Of a DNA stretch of 37,921 bases, positions 27,319 to 37,158 are shown in pieces (the stretch's first letter is position 1; each line of letters starts with the position of its first letter). Source of the stretch: an uncultured Nitrososphaeria archaeon (lineage in GTDB: Archaea > Thermoproteota > Nitrososphaeria_A > Caldarchaeales > Wolframiiraptoraceae); NCBI GenBank assembly GCA_964451435.1, contig CAYVHW010000002.1:1-37921 (forward strand), written 5' to 3'. The notes beneath the pieces were generated by a model. That model saw only the letters and a list, made by a program, of their open reading frames with translations. It was not told the origin of the DNA and searched no databases. The position numbers and the translations under genes were made by a program.

Positions 27319-27957
27319 TAGCCTCCTACTCCTCGAGAGATAATCCATCACCTCAACGTCGCTGACTTGAGCGAAGTTCATGTAAAACTGGCCTATCGCA
27401 TAGAATGGGATTGGAGTCTCCAAGCATCTAACCTCATCAGCCTCAGCCCTAAGCTTCGGCAAGACTTCTGGAGGCGCTACTGGGATCGCGATGATCATCC
27501 TCCTCGCCCCAAGCTTCTTCAAGAACCTGACCGTTGCTATCATGGTCGCTCCGGTCGCGACCCCATCATCGACCGCTATGACGATGTATTCATCGAGCCT
27601 TGGAAGCTCGGCTCCACCCCTATAGAGCTTAATCCTCCTCTTAACCTCCTTAAGCTCCCTCTCCGCCGCATCCCTTATCCAATCCATCCCCACGCCGACG
27701 GCCCTAGCGACCTCCTCCTCAACGTAGATCGTCCCATCCTCGGCGACTGCTCCGACCGCGAGCTCCGGCTGATATGGTGCTCCAATCTTTCTTGGAACCA
27801 CGACCTCTAGAGGCCAGTCGAATCTCTCGGCGACATAGTAGCCCACCACGACCCCTCCTCTCGGAATCGCGGCGACGAGACATCTCTCATCTCTTAGATC
27901 TGTTAGGATGTCGGCCAGCCTCTCCCCCGCATCCCTCCTATCCTTGAAGACGGTCAC
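27304..27957 (-). CDS. Phosphoribosyltransferase-domain protein (COG1926-like)
   Basis: FKDRRDAGERLA and the PRPP loop VIAVDDGVATGATM. GTG start. Confidence 0.75.
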   Translation of the reverse strand: MTVFKDRRDAGERLADILTDLRDERCLVAAIPRGGVVVGYYVAERFDWPLEVVVPRKIGAPYQPELAVGAVAEDGTIYVEEEVARAVGVGMDWIRDAAERELKEVKRRIKLYRGGAELPRLDEYIVIAVDDGVATGATMIATVRFLKKLGARRMIIAIPVAPPEVLPKLRAEADEVRCLETPIPFYAIGQFYMNFAQVSDVEVMDYLSRSRRLLPPK

Positions 27958-28060
27958 ATCAGATTCTTGGCTTAAAGGTCGATTTATCGGTTTCTAAGCC
28001 TCGGGAGAGAATCGTTTGGGCGATAATCTTAATAGGTGGTCTTCTGAGTGATGGGCTGGA

Positions 28061-28270
28061 ATGGGAGTTCAGCCGAGTCCTGAGGAGAAGATCCTCTATC
28101 AATGCGTTTGGTGTGGTAGGATCTTCGAGAAGCGGATGCTGTCTAAGATCAATGAGACTAGATGCCCATTCTGCGGATTCAATGTGATTAAGAAGGCGAA
28201 GCCCCTGACCGCTAAGCTCATAGTCACCTCTAAGCTCACCGAGGAGCAGAGGCTCTTAACCGAGACCTAG
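28061..28270 (+). CDS. rpoP: DNA-directed RNA polymerase subunit P (Rpo12)-like zinc ribbon
   Basis: [10 protein letters not shown]...[16 protein letters not shown] matches the RpoP pattern Y-C-x2-C...RCPYCG...K-x-R/K-P. It has N- and C-terminal extensions relative to typical proteins of about 48 aa. Confidence 0.55.
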   Translation: MGVQPSPEEKILYQCVWCGRIFEKRMLSKINETRCPFCGFNVIKKAKPLTAKLIVTSKLTEEQRLLTET

Positions 28271-28659
28271 CCAGAGGGCTTTCCACCCCTAATCTCAGCA
28301 ACCTTCTTAACGATCTCATCCATGAAGTCCTTGGCGGCGCCAGGATCTATTATCGAGACGCTGCTCGCCGAGACGTTCAGCCCAGCCGCCTCCCCCAAAT
28401 CCTTTTTCGAGGCCACGAAGATGTATGGTATCTTACGCTCATCGCATAGGGTTGGGAGGAATGCGACTATCTCGGGTGGATCAACATCCATCGCTATCAC
28501 GACGAACCTCGCCTGACCCCGCTCGATCGACTTTATCACCTCATTGACCCCCTTCCTGATCTTCCCGCTCTCCCTAGCCATCCTGACGACTTCTAGGGTG
28601 GCCTTCATGAGCTCCTCCGGGACCTCGAAATTCACATAATATGGCCTTGGATTAGGCAT
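28267..28659 (-). CDS. rpl7ae: Ribosomal protein L7Ae (kink-turn binding)
   Basis: [53 protein letters not shown]. Confidence 0.95.
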   Translation of the reverse strand: MPNPRPYYVNFEVPEELMKATLEVVRMARESGKIRKGVNEVIKSIERGQARFVVIAMDVDPPEIVAFLPTLCDERKIPYIFVASKKDLGEAAGLNVSASSVSIIDPGAAKDFMDEIVKKVAEIRGGKPSG

Positions 28660-28891
28660 CGGCCCTCATCTCCAGAATTTGAGAAAGCCATCAACTAAAA
28701 AAGTTATCTTCACGGCTTCAATCAACCTCTCGATGGTTGAGACATCTCCCAACAATCATTCCATTCCCAGTAGCAACTCTTTGAGGTCTTCTCAACGCGG
28801 AGAATCATGAGATCAAAAGCTTTTCCACGTAAATGATCACATGCTCTGGTAAAGCCGAATCAATCTTAATAAAGTTAATCTCCGTGATCGT

Positions 28892-30613
28892 ATGTCGATG
28901 GAACTCGAAGAGATAGCGTTGAAGTGGGCTTTGAAGAACGCTGTCGACCATGATGGGAAGGCCATGGTTGGGCCTGTTATAGCTAAGGTGATCGGGGAGC
29001 ACCCGGAGCTTAGGGGGGATGTTGGGAGGGTTAAGGAGGTCGTGGAGAGGGTGGTTGAGGAGGTAAATTCTATGAGGCTCGAGGAGCAGCGGGAGAAGCT
29101 CATGGAGATCGCCCCAGAATTGTTGGAGAGGAAGAGGGTTGAGGAGAAGAGGCTCCCACCCCTGCCGAACGCGGAGAAGGGGAAGGTCGTCACGAGGCTT
29201 CCACCCGAGCCCAGCGGATACATGCATATAGGCCATGGGATGAGCGGGCTGCTAAACTATCTCTATGCTAGGATGTATGATGGATTCATCTGGCTCAGAT
29301 TCGAGGACACCGATCCGAGGAAGGTTAAGCCCGAATACTATGAGAGTTTTAGACGCGGTTATAGGTGGCTTGGGATAGAGTGGGATGATGAGAAGAATAA
29401 TAGCGACGACATCGAGCTGTTCTACAAGTATGCCGAGAAGCTGATCAAGCTCGGTAAAGCCTACGTCTGTAGATGTCCAATTGAGAGGATTAGGAGATTT
29501 AGGAGGGAGATGAGAGAATGCGAGCATAGATCTCAAGGAATTGACGAGAACCTAGATCTATGGAATAGGATGCTTGGAGGAGAATTTGGGGAGGGCGAGG
29601 CGATCCTCAGACTCAAGGGAGATATGGGGAGCAAGAATACTGTGATGAGAGATCCAGCCCTCTTCAGGATAATAGATCATCCACACCCATTAACGGGTAG
29701 GAGGTATAGGGTCTGGCCACTCTACGACTTCGCCGTCTCGATCGAGGATCATCTATGCGGTGTAACCCACGTCCTAAGAACCAGCGAGTTTGCTTTGAGA
29801 GATGAGCTACAGAACTATATCAGAGAGCTTCTCGGAATGCGCAACCCAATCTACGTCGAGTATTCCAGATTCGAGTTCAAGGGAACCCCTGTGTCGAAGA
29901 GAAAGCTAAGGACGTTAATCGAGAATGGGATCGCCTCGAGCTGGGACGATCCAAGGTTCCCCACAATCGATGGAGTTAGGAGGAGGGGGATCTTACCCGA
30001 GGCGATAAGGGAGTTCACGGTAACCCAGACCGGATTCTCCTATGCGAAACGCGAGTATGATTGGAGCCTACTATTCGCGATAAATAGGAGACTCCTCGAC
30101 CCCAGGGCCAGAAGACTCTTCTTCACCCCGAATCCCGTAAAGCTCGTCGTGGAGAACTCTCCAAAGATCTCCGCCGACATCCCCTATCATCCAGATAATA
30201 AGGAACTAGGATCTAGGAGAGTTGAGGCGGACGGGGAGTTCTACATCTCAGGTGGAGACTTTGAGGAGATGAAGGTTGGAGATGTCCTCAGATTAAAGTA
30301 TCTAATGAATCTGAGGATAATTGAGAAGACCGATGAGTACGTTAGGGCGGAGTTTCTGAGCAGAGAGCCCATGAAGAATATCAAGATAATTCAGTGGGTT
30401 CCGGCTAATGAGGCTGTTAGGGTCAGGGTATTGGTTCCAGACATAATTTACCTCAACGATGAGATTAATCCGAATAGCTTGAAGATTGTTGATGGATTTG
30501 GGGAGAGAGCTGTCGACGATGTAGAGGTCGATGAGATAGTCCAATTTGAGAGGTTCGGCTTCTGTAGGAGGGACTCGGGGTCGGAGCTCATATTCATCAA
30601 GGCACACGACTAG
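28892..30613 (+). CDS. gltX: Glutamyl-tRNA synthetase (archaeal GluRS/GlnRS-type class I)
   Basis: HIGH motif PEPSGYMHIGH and KMSKS-like PVSKRK. Archaeal-type catalytic and anticodon-binding domains. Confidence 0.9.
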   Translation: MSMELEEIALKWALKNAVDHDGKAMVGPVIAKVIGEHPELRGDVGRVKEVVERVVEEVNSMRLEEQREKLMEIAPELLERKRVEEKRLPPLPNAEKGKVVTRLPPEPSGYMHIGHGMSGLLNYLYARMYDGFIWLRFEDTDPRKVKPEYYESFRRGYRWLGIEWDDEKNNSDDIELFYKYAEKLIKLGKAYVCRCPIERIRRFRREMRECEHRSQGIDENLDLWNRMLGGEFGEGEAILRLKGDMGSKNTVMRDPALFRIIDHPHPLTGRRYRVWPLYDFAVSIEDHLCGVTHVLRTSEFALRDELQNYIRELLGMRNPIYVEYSRFEFKGTPVSKRKLRTLIENGIASSWDDPRFPTIDGVRRRGILPEAIREFTVTQTGFSYAKREYDWSLLFAINRRLLDPRARRLFFTPNPVKLVVENSPKISADIPYHPDNKELGSRRVEADGEFYISGGDFEEMKVGDVLRLKYLMNLRIIEKTDEYVRAEFLSREPMKNIKIIQWVPANEAVRVRVLVPDIIYLNDEINPNSLKIVDGFGERAVDDVEVDEIVQFERFGFCRRDSGSELIFIKAHD

Positions 30614-30629
30614 GCTTGGAAGTGATCAG

Positions 30630-31493
30630 ATGAGGGAGATCTACGTTAAGAGCGTATTGAATAGGGCATAAGAAGAGGGATTCATGGTTCCTCGACGACT
30701 ACTCGATAAACCCATATACGGGATGCCAGTATAACTGCATCTATTGCTACATCCATGGGAGCAGATATGGAAGGGTGGAGAGCTGGCCGTGAAGGTGAAT
30801 TCTCCAAACATCCTAGAGAAGCAGCTCTCAAGGGCTAAAAGACTTGAGAGATATGGCTTCATCTCGATAAGCTCGGCGACGGAAGCTTGGCAGCCGGCTG
30901 AGGAGAGATATGAGGTCACGAGGAGGTGTTTGGAGGTGATTAAGAGGCATAGATTCCCAGTCCACTGCTTGACGAAGTCTCCTCTAATCTTGAGAGACCT
31001 CGACATACTCGAGGAAATCGACGAGAGGGCAATTCTTCCAGATGATCTGAAAATCGTTGGACGCGGAGTCCTCGTAACATTCTCCTTCTCAACACTTGAC
31101 CCAGAGGTCTCCAGGATATTTGAGCCCGGAGCCCCCAGCCCACTCGAGAGGTTGAAGGCCTTGAAGGAGGTTAGGGATGCCGGGTTTAAGGCCGGTGCTG
31201 CATATATACCTGTCCTGCTATTCATCTCGGATACTGAGGAAGAGTTGGAGAGGATGATAGGAGCTGCAAAGGAGTTTGGAGCAGATTACATCTTCGTTGG
31301 GGCATTAACGCTTTATGGATCCGGCAAAGAGATCTATTATCGAGCCTTGGAGAGATACTTCCCGGAGCATCTGCCAAAGTATGAGAGACTGTATTTAGGG
31401 AGAGGAGAGCCTCCGCTAAGTTATCGGAGAAAGCTTGAAACTATCTCGAGGAGGATATTTGTGGAGAAAAATGTGAGGTATATGATAATCTAG
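30630..31493 (+). pseudogene. Radical SAM protein (SplB/COG1533-like) disrupted by two compensating frameshifts
   Basis: Frame A runs from 30630 (MREIYVKSVLNRA-stop at 30669). The +1 frame from 30664 reads GHKKRDSWFLDDYSINPYTGCQYNCIYCYIHGSRYG and stops at 30790. Frame A resumes as track ORF 30744..31493 (...ELAVKVNSPNILEK..ISISSATEAWQPAEERY..TKSPLILRDLDIL). Confidence 0.7.
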
Positions 31494-31500
31494 AGCGAGT

Positions 31501-32088
31501 CTATTTCTTAACGTATTCCTCCAGCAACCTTCTAATCTTAACCAATTCCTCTAAGATTTTCTGAGCCGGCTCTTCTTCCTCAAATACCTCCACCGCCGCA
31601 GGCCTCCTCTTCTTAACGAAGCTCATTATCAGATCTCTAAGTTCCTCGAACTTCTCTATTCCATCGAGCCTAAGCTCAGCCCTCGCCTTTCCCGCAGAAT
31701 ATCCAGCCGTCTGTATCTTCAGCGACGCTATCCCAAGCCTTCTCGAGATCGGGCCTTGAGCTATGTCTATGTTCGTTATCCTATTGTATGGCACTATTCC
31801 CGTATACTTGAACCAGACTCCCCTCCTCCAAACTATTTCATGCTCCGTGACCTTGTAGAATATCGAGTTATAGTATTTTGGAATCCATGCTCCAGCAAAG
31901 ATGATCATCGGGATGAATACGAGTGATATGGGAATCGAGGCTGCCGGTGGAGCGAGGATTACGGTGGGAATATACCATGGAAGGAATCCGATTATTATCG
32001 TGAAGAGATAATATGTGAAGTAGAGTTTCATGAGCTTTGGGGAAGGCTTAAACTCTTCTCCGATTTTTATCTCATGTAATTCACCCAT
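31501..32088 (-). CDS. Membrane protein with a bacterial PH-like (bPH_2/YdbS-like) domain
   Basis: Two TM segments followed by VPYNRITNIDIAQGPISRRLGIASLKIQTAG. ATG at 32088 avoids the overlap with fni that the track ORF (to 32166) implies. Confidence 0.65.
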   Translation of the reverse strand: MGELHEIKIGEEFKPSPKLMKLYFTYYLFTIIIGFLPWYIPTVILAPPAASIPISLVFIPMIIFAGAWIPKYYNSIFYKVTEHEIVWRRGVWFKYTGIVPYNRITNIDIAQGPISRRLGIASLKIQTAGYSAGKARAELRLDGIEKFEELRDLIMSFVKKRRPAAVEVFEEEEPAQKILEELVKIRRLLEEYVKK

Positions 32089-32119
32089 AATTCTCCATCC
32101 AGTATGCTCTTCGCCCCTT

Positions 32120-33178
32120 TTAAACCTTTGAAGCTCTCTGCTTCTTCCACTCGGATAATGGTCCAAGTATAACGTGAGGAGAATTCTTCAATTCATCTAT
32201 ATTTTTGCAGCCCGTTAAGAACATGGCCGCCTTCAACTCGGATCGCAATCTCTTCAAAATCTTCTTCACGCTTTCAACGCTTTCAGTTGCAGGTCTCAGC
32301 AAGGGGTAAGCCGCGCCCGCCATATCCGCTCCTATCGACAATGCTTTTGCTACATCGAGTCCGCTTCTAATTCCTCCTGATCCTATCACCTCTATCTTGA
32401 CTATTGAGGATACCTCGATTATGGATGCAGCCGTTGGTATTCCCCATTCTAGAAACGTCTTCGCCACGTCCTTTCTCTCATCATCTTCTTCTCTCAGTCT
32501 AAGCATCTCGATTTTCGCCCAACATGTTCCACCAGCGCCCGCCACATCTATCGCTCTAACACCGGCGCCTTCAAGTAATTTTGCAACCTCTGAGGATATT
32601 CCGCATCCGACTTCCTTCACGATCACGGGAACATCCAGTCTCTCACATGCTTTCTCAATCATCTTCAACACATCTCTAAATTCTGTTGACCCCTCGGGTT
32701 GGATTAATTCTTGAAGTGGGTTTAGATGTATTGAGATGGCGTTCGCTTCTATCATCTCAACAGCTTTTTCAGCGACCTCAACTCCATCCTTGACGAGCTG
32801 AACACCGCTGAGATTCGCTATTAGGAAGAGATTTGGAGCCCTTTCACGAGCAACCTTAAACGTGTATTCAAGCTTCTCATCTTCTATAGCTGCTCTCTGG
32901 CTCCCGACCTCCATGGGGATCGAGAACCTCTCAGCCGCCTCCGCCAAGTTTCCATTTATCTTAGCTGCTTCGGGGATTCCCCCCGTCATGGCCTCTATTA
33001 GAAATGGCATTCCAAACGTCTTCCCAAGAAAACTTGTCTCGGTTGAGATTTCATCCAGATTTAATTCAGGCAGCGCTCTATGTATGAGCTCCACATATTC
33101 AAGCCAAGTGGTCTTCTCCTCAAAGCTCACGTCAAGCTCTAGGCTCAGCTTCAAGTGATCTCTCTTCCTCAAGTTCAT
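32120..33178 (-). CDS. fni: Isopentenyl-diphosphate delta-isomerase, type 2 (FMN-dependent)
   Basis: RKRDHLKL, MTGG, KEVGCGIS, DVAGAGGTCWAKIE, GSGGIRSGLDVAKAL. Confidence 0.9.
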   Translation of the reverse strand: MNLRKRDHLKLSLELDVSFEEKTTWLEYVELIHRALPELNLDEISTETSFLGKTFGMPFLIEAMTGGIPEAAKINGNLAEAAERFSIPMEVGSQRAAIEDEKLEYTFKVARERAPNLFLIANLSGVQLVKDGVEVAEKAVEMIEANAISIHLNPLQELIQPEGSTEFRDVLKMIEKACERLDVPVIVKEVGCGISSEVAKLLEGAGVRAIDVAGAGGTCWAKIEMLRLREEDDERKDVAKTFLEWGIPTAASIIEVSSIVKIEVIGSGGIRSGLDVAKALSIGADMAGAAYPLLRPATESVESVKKILKRLRSELKAAMFLTGCKNIDELKNSPHVILGPLSEWKKQRASKV

Positions 33179-33244
33179 GATTCTTCCGATAAAGGAGGAT
33201 GAAGAATGATAAATATTTGCGGATCCAATACTCGATGTGGAAGT

Positions 33245-34093
33245 ATGGGTAGGAGGATGCCAGCGGTAGCTGGAGCATTTTATCCATCATCGGCTGAGAG
33301 TCTTAGGATGGAGATAGAGAACTGCTTCCAACATAGGATTGGACCTGGGAGACTGCCGAAGCACGTTATGGGTGAGCGTAAGCCGCCGTCCCTGATCTCT
33401 CCGCATGCTGGTTACATCTATTCTGGCCCTGTTGCGGCTCATAGCTATCTCCAGCTTGAGGATAGGATGAGACCCGAGGTGGTCGTTGTTTTGGGGCCAA
33501 ATCATTATGGAGTTGGGTCAGCCGTCTCGATTTATCCTGAGGGAGAATGGATCACACCCCTTGGAAGCGTTAAGATCGATGAAAAGCTTGCGTTGAGGCT
33601 CGCCGAACTCTCGGATATATTCACCCTTGATGAAGTCTCACATCTCAGAGAGCATTCGATAGAGGTTCAGATACCGTTTCTCCAATATGTTCTCGGAGGA
33701 TTCAAGCTTCTCCCAATATGTCTATTGGATCAAGGACTTAAGACCTGTCTTGAGGTGGGTAGATGCCTTGCAGAGGCTTTGAGAGATTATGAGAGCTTTT
33801 TACTAGTCGCTTCAACAGATCTAACCCACTATGAACCTGATGAGATCGCAAAAGAGAAGGATTCACTAGCTCTGGAGAAGGTTCGAGAACTAGATATCGA
33901 GGGACTCTATCAAGTAATCCGTGAAAACGATATCTCCATGTGCGGATACGGCGCAGTCGCCGCAGTCCTCGAAGCATCTAAAAGACTTGGAGCGAAGAAG
34001 GCTGAGATCTTAAAGTATGCGACGAGTGGGGATGTGACTGGTGATAGGAGCGCCGTCGTCGGCTATGCGGCGGTCAAGATAGAGCTTGAATGA
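33245..34093 (+). CDS. MEMO1-family protein (AmmeMemoRadiSam system protein B-like)
   Basis: PAVAGAFYP, ISPHAGYIYSGPVAAHSY, VVLGPNH, STDLTHY, MCGYGAV. ATG at 33245 lies inside the track ORF. Confidence 0.85.
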   Translation: MGRRMPAVAGAFYPSSAESLRMEIENCFQHRIGPGRLPKHVMGERKPPSLISPHAGYIYSGPVAAHSYLQLEDRMRPEVVVVLGPNHYGVGSAVSIYPEGEWITPLGSVKIDEKLALRLAELSDIFTLDEVSHLREHSIEVQIPFLQYVLGGFKLLPICLLDQGLKTCLEVGRCLAEALRDYESFLLVASTDLTHYEPDEIAKEKDSLALEKVRELDIEGLYQVIRENDISMCGYGAVAAVLEASKRLGAKKAEILKYATSGDVTGDRSAVVGYAAVKIELE

Positions 34094-34140
34094 TAGAAAT
34101 AGTTAAGAGTTATTAGGTGATTCTCCACGATGGATTCAGG

Positions 34141-34380
34141 ATGAGCAAAAGAGCGAGAGAAAGGGCCAGAGCTGAAAGAGAGGAACAGCCTGTTCCAGCG
34201 GTGGTCGAGCAGATAGTTGGTAGAACTGGGGTAACCGGCGAAGTCACTCAGGTCAGGGTCAGGATCCTTGAGGGAAGGGATGCTGGGAGAGTTATATCGA
34301 GAAATGTTAAGGGGCCTGTTAGAGTCGGAGACATCTTAATACTCTTGGATACGGAGAGAGAGGCTGAAAAGATAAAGTGA
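34141..34380 (+). CDS. rps28e: Ribosomal protein S28e
   Basis: [53 protein letters not shown] at 34141 lies inside track ORF 34117..34380. Confidence 0.9.
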   Translation: MSKRARERARAEREEQPVPAVVEQIVGRTGVTGEVTQVRVRILEGRDAGRVISRNVKGPVRVGDILILLDTEREAEKIK

Positions 34381-34440
34381 GCATTGAGAATCTTCATTAG
34401 ATAGATTATTTTTGGTGGTTTGAGGTTAGGGGAATAAGCC

Positions 34441-34635
34441 ATGCCGACCAAGCATAGATGTGCATTCTGTGGCCGAGATTTCCTTCATGGAAAGGGAATA
34501 CTCTACGTTAAACGTGATGGAACTCAGCTCTGGTTCTGCTCAAGAAAATGTAAGGTTAGTATGATAGATTTTAAGCGTGATCCGAGGAAGTTTAAGTGGA
34601 CGAAGTATTACGGGACTGAGCGAAGAGGGGGATAG
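34441..34635 (+). CDS. rpl24e: Ribosomal protein L24e
   Basis: [33 protein letters not shown]. Confidence 0.9.
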   Translation: MPTKHRCAFCGRDFLHGKGILYVKRDGTQLWFCSRKCKVSMIDFKRDPRKFKWTKYYGTERRGG

Positions 34636-34666
34636 GCTAAAATTCACCCCTCACATTTAGATCGGC

Positions 34667-35092
34667 ATGGAAGTTGAGAGAACATTCGTTATGCTTAAGC
34701 CGAGCTGTGTTGAGAGGGGGCTCATCGGAGAGGTAATATCGAGGTTCGAAAGGAAGGGGTTAAGGATAATTCAGCTTAAGGTCGAGAAACTCAGCAAGGA
34801 GAAAGCCGAGAAACTTTATGAAGTCCATCGCGGAAAACCATTCTATCAAAACCTGATAAGCGCGGTCGCGGGAAAGACCGTGGTCCTGATGGTCTTAGAG
34901 GGTAGGAGGGCGATAAGCGTTGTCAGAAAGCTCGTTGGAGCAACCGACCCAGCCGAGGCTGAGGCTGGAACCATTAGAGGAGATCTGGCGATCGAGCTCA
35001 CCGACAACCTAATCCACGCAGCCGATAGCCAAGAATCCTATCAAAGAGAGCATAAGATATTCTTCTCCGAGGATGAACTCAAGACCTATTGA
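34667..35092 (+). CDS. ndk: Nucleoside diphosphate kinase
   Basis: ERTFVMLKP, GLIGEVISRFERKGL, GATDPAEAEAGTIRGD, NLIHAADS (active-site His). Confidence 0.95.
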   Translation: MEVERTFVMLKPSCVERGLIGEVISRFERKGLRIIQLKVEKLSKEKAEKLYEVHRGKPFYQNLISAVAGKTVVLMVLEGRRAISVVRKLVGATDPAEAEAGTIRGDLAIELTDNLIHAADSQESYQREHKIFFSEDELKTY

Positions 35093-35171
35093 ACCTTTAG
35101 GCGTGCATCGAGCTTCTGATGGCTGAGAAGATCTAATCTATAATAGCTACGAGATCCATCATGATCGGGGA

Positions 35172-35660
35172 TTGGATCGTTTGAAAGATGAAAAGACCAT
35201 TCACCTAATCGGCCATATAATCTACATTACATTATATATCTCGTTAATCACGTCCTCAATAATTTTCTACAACTCTGCAAATCTAGCCACGTTATTATAT
35301 GCTGGTTGGGTCATCTTTGCCTGCGGTTTAGCTATCTTGGTAATTTCGAGCCAAACGCGGAGAAGGGCTCATCAGGTAAAGGAGGCTCTCATTCAGAGCG
35401 GGATATATGCTTATGTGCGGCATCCAGAGTTCCTAGGCCATATGCTGATAATAACATCGTTAACCCTTATGGCGCAGCATCCTATCAGCGTGGCCATAGG
35501 GGTGGTGTTACTTCTCTTATTATGCATCGAAATTGTCGAAGAGGATAAGAGGAATATAGAGAAATTCGGCGATGCATATAGAGATTATATGAGAAAAGTT
35601 CCAAGAATAAATCTACTGGCTGGGATCATTAAGAGCGCACGTGAGAGAAGATCTGGGTAA
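35172..35660 (+). CDS. Isoprenylcysteine carboxyl / phospholipid methyltransferase-family membrane protein
   Basis: GIYAYVRHPEFLGHMLI (the RHPxYxG-type motif) and multiple TM segments. The region is AT-rich. Confidence 0.65.
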   Translation: MDRLKDEKTIHLIGHIIYITLYISLITSSIIFYNSANLATLLYAGWVIFACGLAILVISSQTRRRAHQVKEALIQSGIYAYVRHPEFLGHMLIITSLTLMAQHPISVAIGVVLLLLLCIEIVEEDKRNIEKFGDAYRDYMRKVPRINLLAGIIKSARERRSG

Positions 35661-37002
35661 AGGAGTCGGGAAAGTGAGGAGAAGCGATTATCGAAAGCTC
35701 ATTCTCCCCATCTTGCTGAAAGATGGAAAACTAACTTTGAAAGAATTGGAAGAGAGGGTCTTCACATATACTTATCACTTCCATGCGTTTGGATACACCT
35801 TTCATAATAAACTGTTAGGAAAAATATGCAAGCCCATTCTACGGCTCAAACATCGAGCAAAAAGCGATTCTCTTAAATGGACAGAAAGATTGCATGAGAG
35901 AACTGAGGAAAAAGTAGATGTCAAGATGGAGTGTAAACGCTTGATTGAGGATGGGCTGATCAGAATGGGCGAAGATGGTGAGTATGAGCTGACTGAGAAT
36001 GGAAAAGTGGAGGCGGAGAAAGTCGCAAAGGAAATGGCAAAGAAGGTGACTTTGCTTGAGAAGCATGTTTTAAGCCCAATTGCCGCGGTAAGAAACACCG
36101 TTATTATTAATGCGTGTTTAGCGATGATGAAGCTTCTGACAGGTTTACTCAGCGGTAGCGCTGGCTTAATCGCTGATGGGGCAGATGCTACGGTGGATAC
36201 AGTTTCCGCCTTCATAGTCTGGGTTGGAGAGAAGGCCAGGAGAGAGGCTTTAGGGACGCTCGTAATAATCTCCATGGTGTTCATAACTGCCATCACCATC
36301 GGCTATGAATCGATCACGAGAATCGTAAACATCACGACAACATCAGTCTCCCCGATTTCCGCCCCCTACCTAGTAATTTTGGTGGAGGGAGCCGCGCTTC
36401 TGATAGCCTGCCTTCTTTACTTTTACCAACGTTATGTTGGAGCGAGGAATGGTAGCCTAGTTCTCCTAGCTCAATCGATCGATTCCAAAAACCATATCTA
36501 CATAGCAATTGCAGTTATAGTGGGGGCCGCCCTCTCGATCTTTAACATAAATTTCATTGACGCTCTTGTTGGAGCATTTATCAGCATCAGAATCTTTAGA
36601 GATGGAATTGAGCTATCAAGAGAGTTGGTCACATTTATTAGGGGAGAGGCGGTAGATCTCTCGAGATACGAGATACCATTTAAAGAATATTGGAAGCTAA
36701 GCAAGCTTGAGACATTTAGGATCTGGATCTTGTATTCGGTCGAGGATGGTCTAAACACGAAAGAAGCTTTGATCGAGTCGTTAGAAACGGCTTTTAGACG
36801 GAGGTACTTTCCCACATTAAGTGAATCTAGATATAGTCTTGGTGAGGGATTCAACTTCGAGGAGAAATTTAACGACTTGATTAGACCGTTATTGGAGGAT
36901 AAGCTCATCGCTGTGGAAGATGGAAAATTTATTCTAACGGAAAGAGGCAAAAGACGGATTAATGGCATATTTAGAAGCCTTAGATACCGGGGAGCTAAAT
37001 AG
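35641..37002 (+). CDS. Cation-diffusion-facilitator-like membrane protein flanked by wHTH-like N- and C-terminal modules
   Basis: TMD: NACLAMMKLLTGLLSGSAGLIADGADATVDTVSAF (DxxxD in TM2) and LLAQSIDSKNHIYIA (DxxxH in TM5). N-terminus: CKRLIEDGLIRMGEDGEYELTENGK. C-terminus: LLEDKLIAVEDGKFILTERGKRRI. Confidence 0.5.
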   Translation: MREDLGKGVGKVRRSDYRKLILPILLKDGKLTLKELEERVFTYTYHFHAFGYTFHNKLLGKICKPILRLKHRAKSDSLKWTERLHERTEEKVDVKMECKRLIEDGLIRMGEDGEYELTENGKVEAEKVAKEMAKKVTLLEKHVLSPIAAVRNTVIINACLAMMKLLTGLLSGSAGLIADGADATVDTVSAFIVWVGEKARREALGTLVIISMVFITAITIGYESITRIVNITTTSVSPISAPYLVILVEGAALLIACLLYFYQRYVGARNGSLVLLAQSIDSKNHIYIAIAVIVGAALSIFNINFIDALVGAFISIRIFRDGIELSRELVTFIRGEAVDLSRYEIPFKEYWKLSKLETFRIWILYSVEDGLNTKEALIESLETAFRRRYFPTLSESRYSLGEGFNFEEKFNDLIRPLLEDKLIAVEDGKFILTERGKRRINGIFRSLRYRGAK

Positions 37003-37158
37003 GCGGGTTAGGACGTGGACTAAGGAGTCTGCGAGGACATCGGGATAGCTATAAAGATGGAAGTTTGAGAGCAAACTTAAGGAGAATCAAGGCTAGCGTC
37101 TTAGGATATACAGGAATGTTCTTTAGGTTCCTCTAGACACAACTCATGTGAAAAATGC

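Noticed and set aside
28805-29236. Two overlapping minus-strand ORFs (143 and 128 aa) at the 5' end of gltX.
   Set aside because: They overlap the GluRS N-terminus, which contains the HIGH motif. Their translations are proline/leucine-rich and not protein-like.
30641-31225. A 194-aa minus-strand ORF opposite the radical SAM gene.
   Set aside because: The plus strand carries recognisable radical SAM/SplB-like motifs. The minus-strand translation is Ser-rich low complexity.
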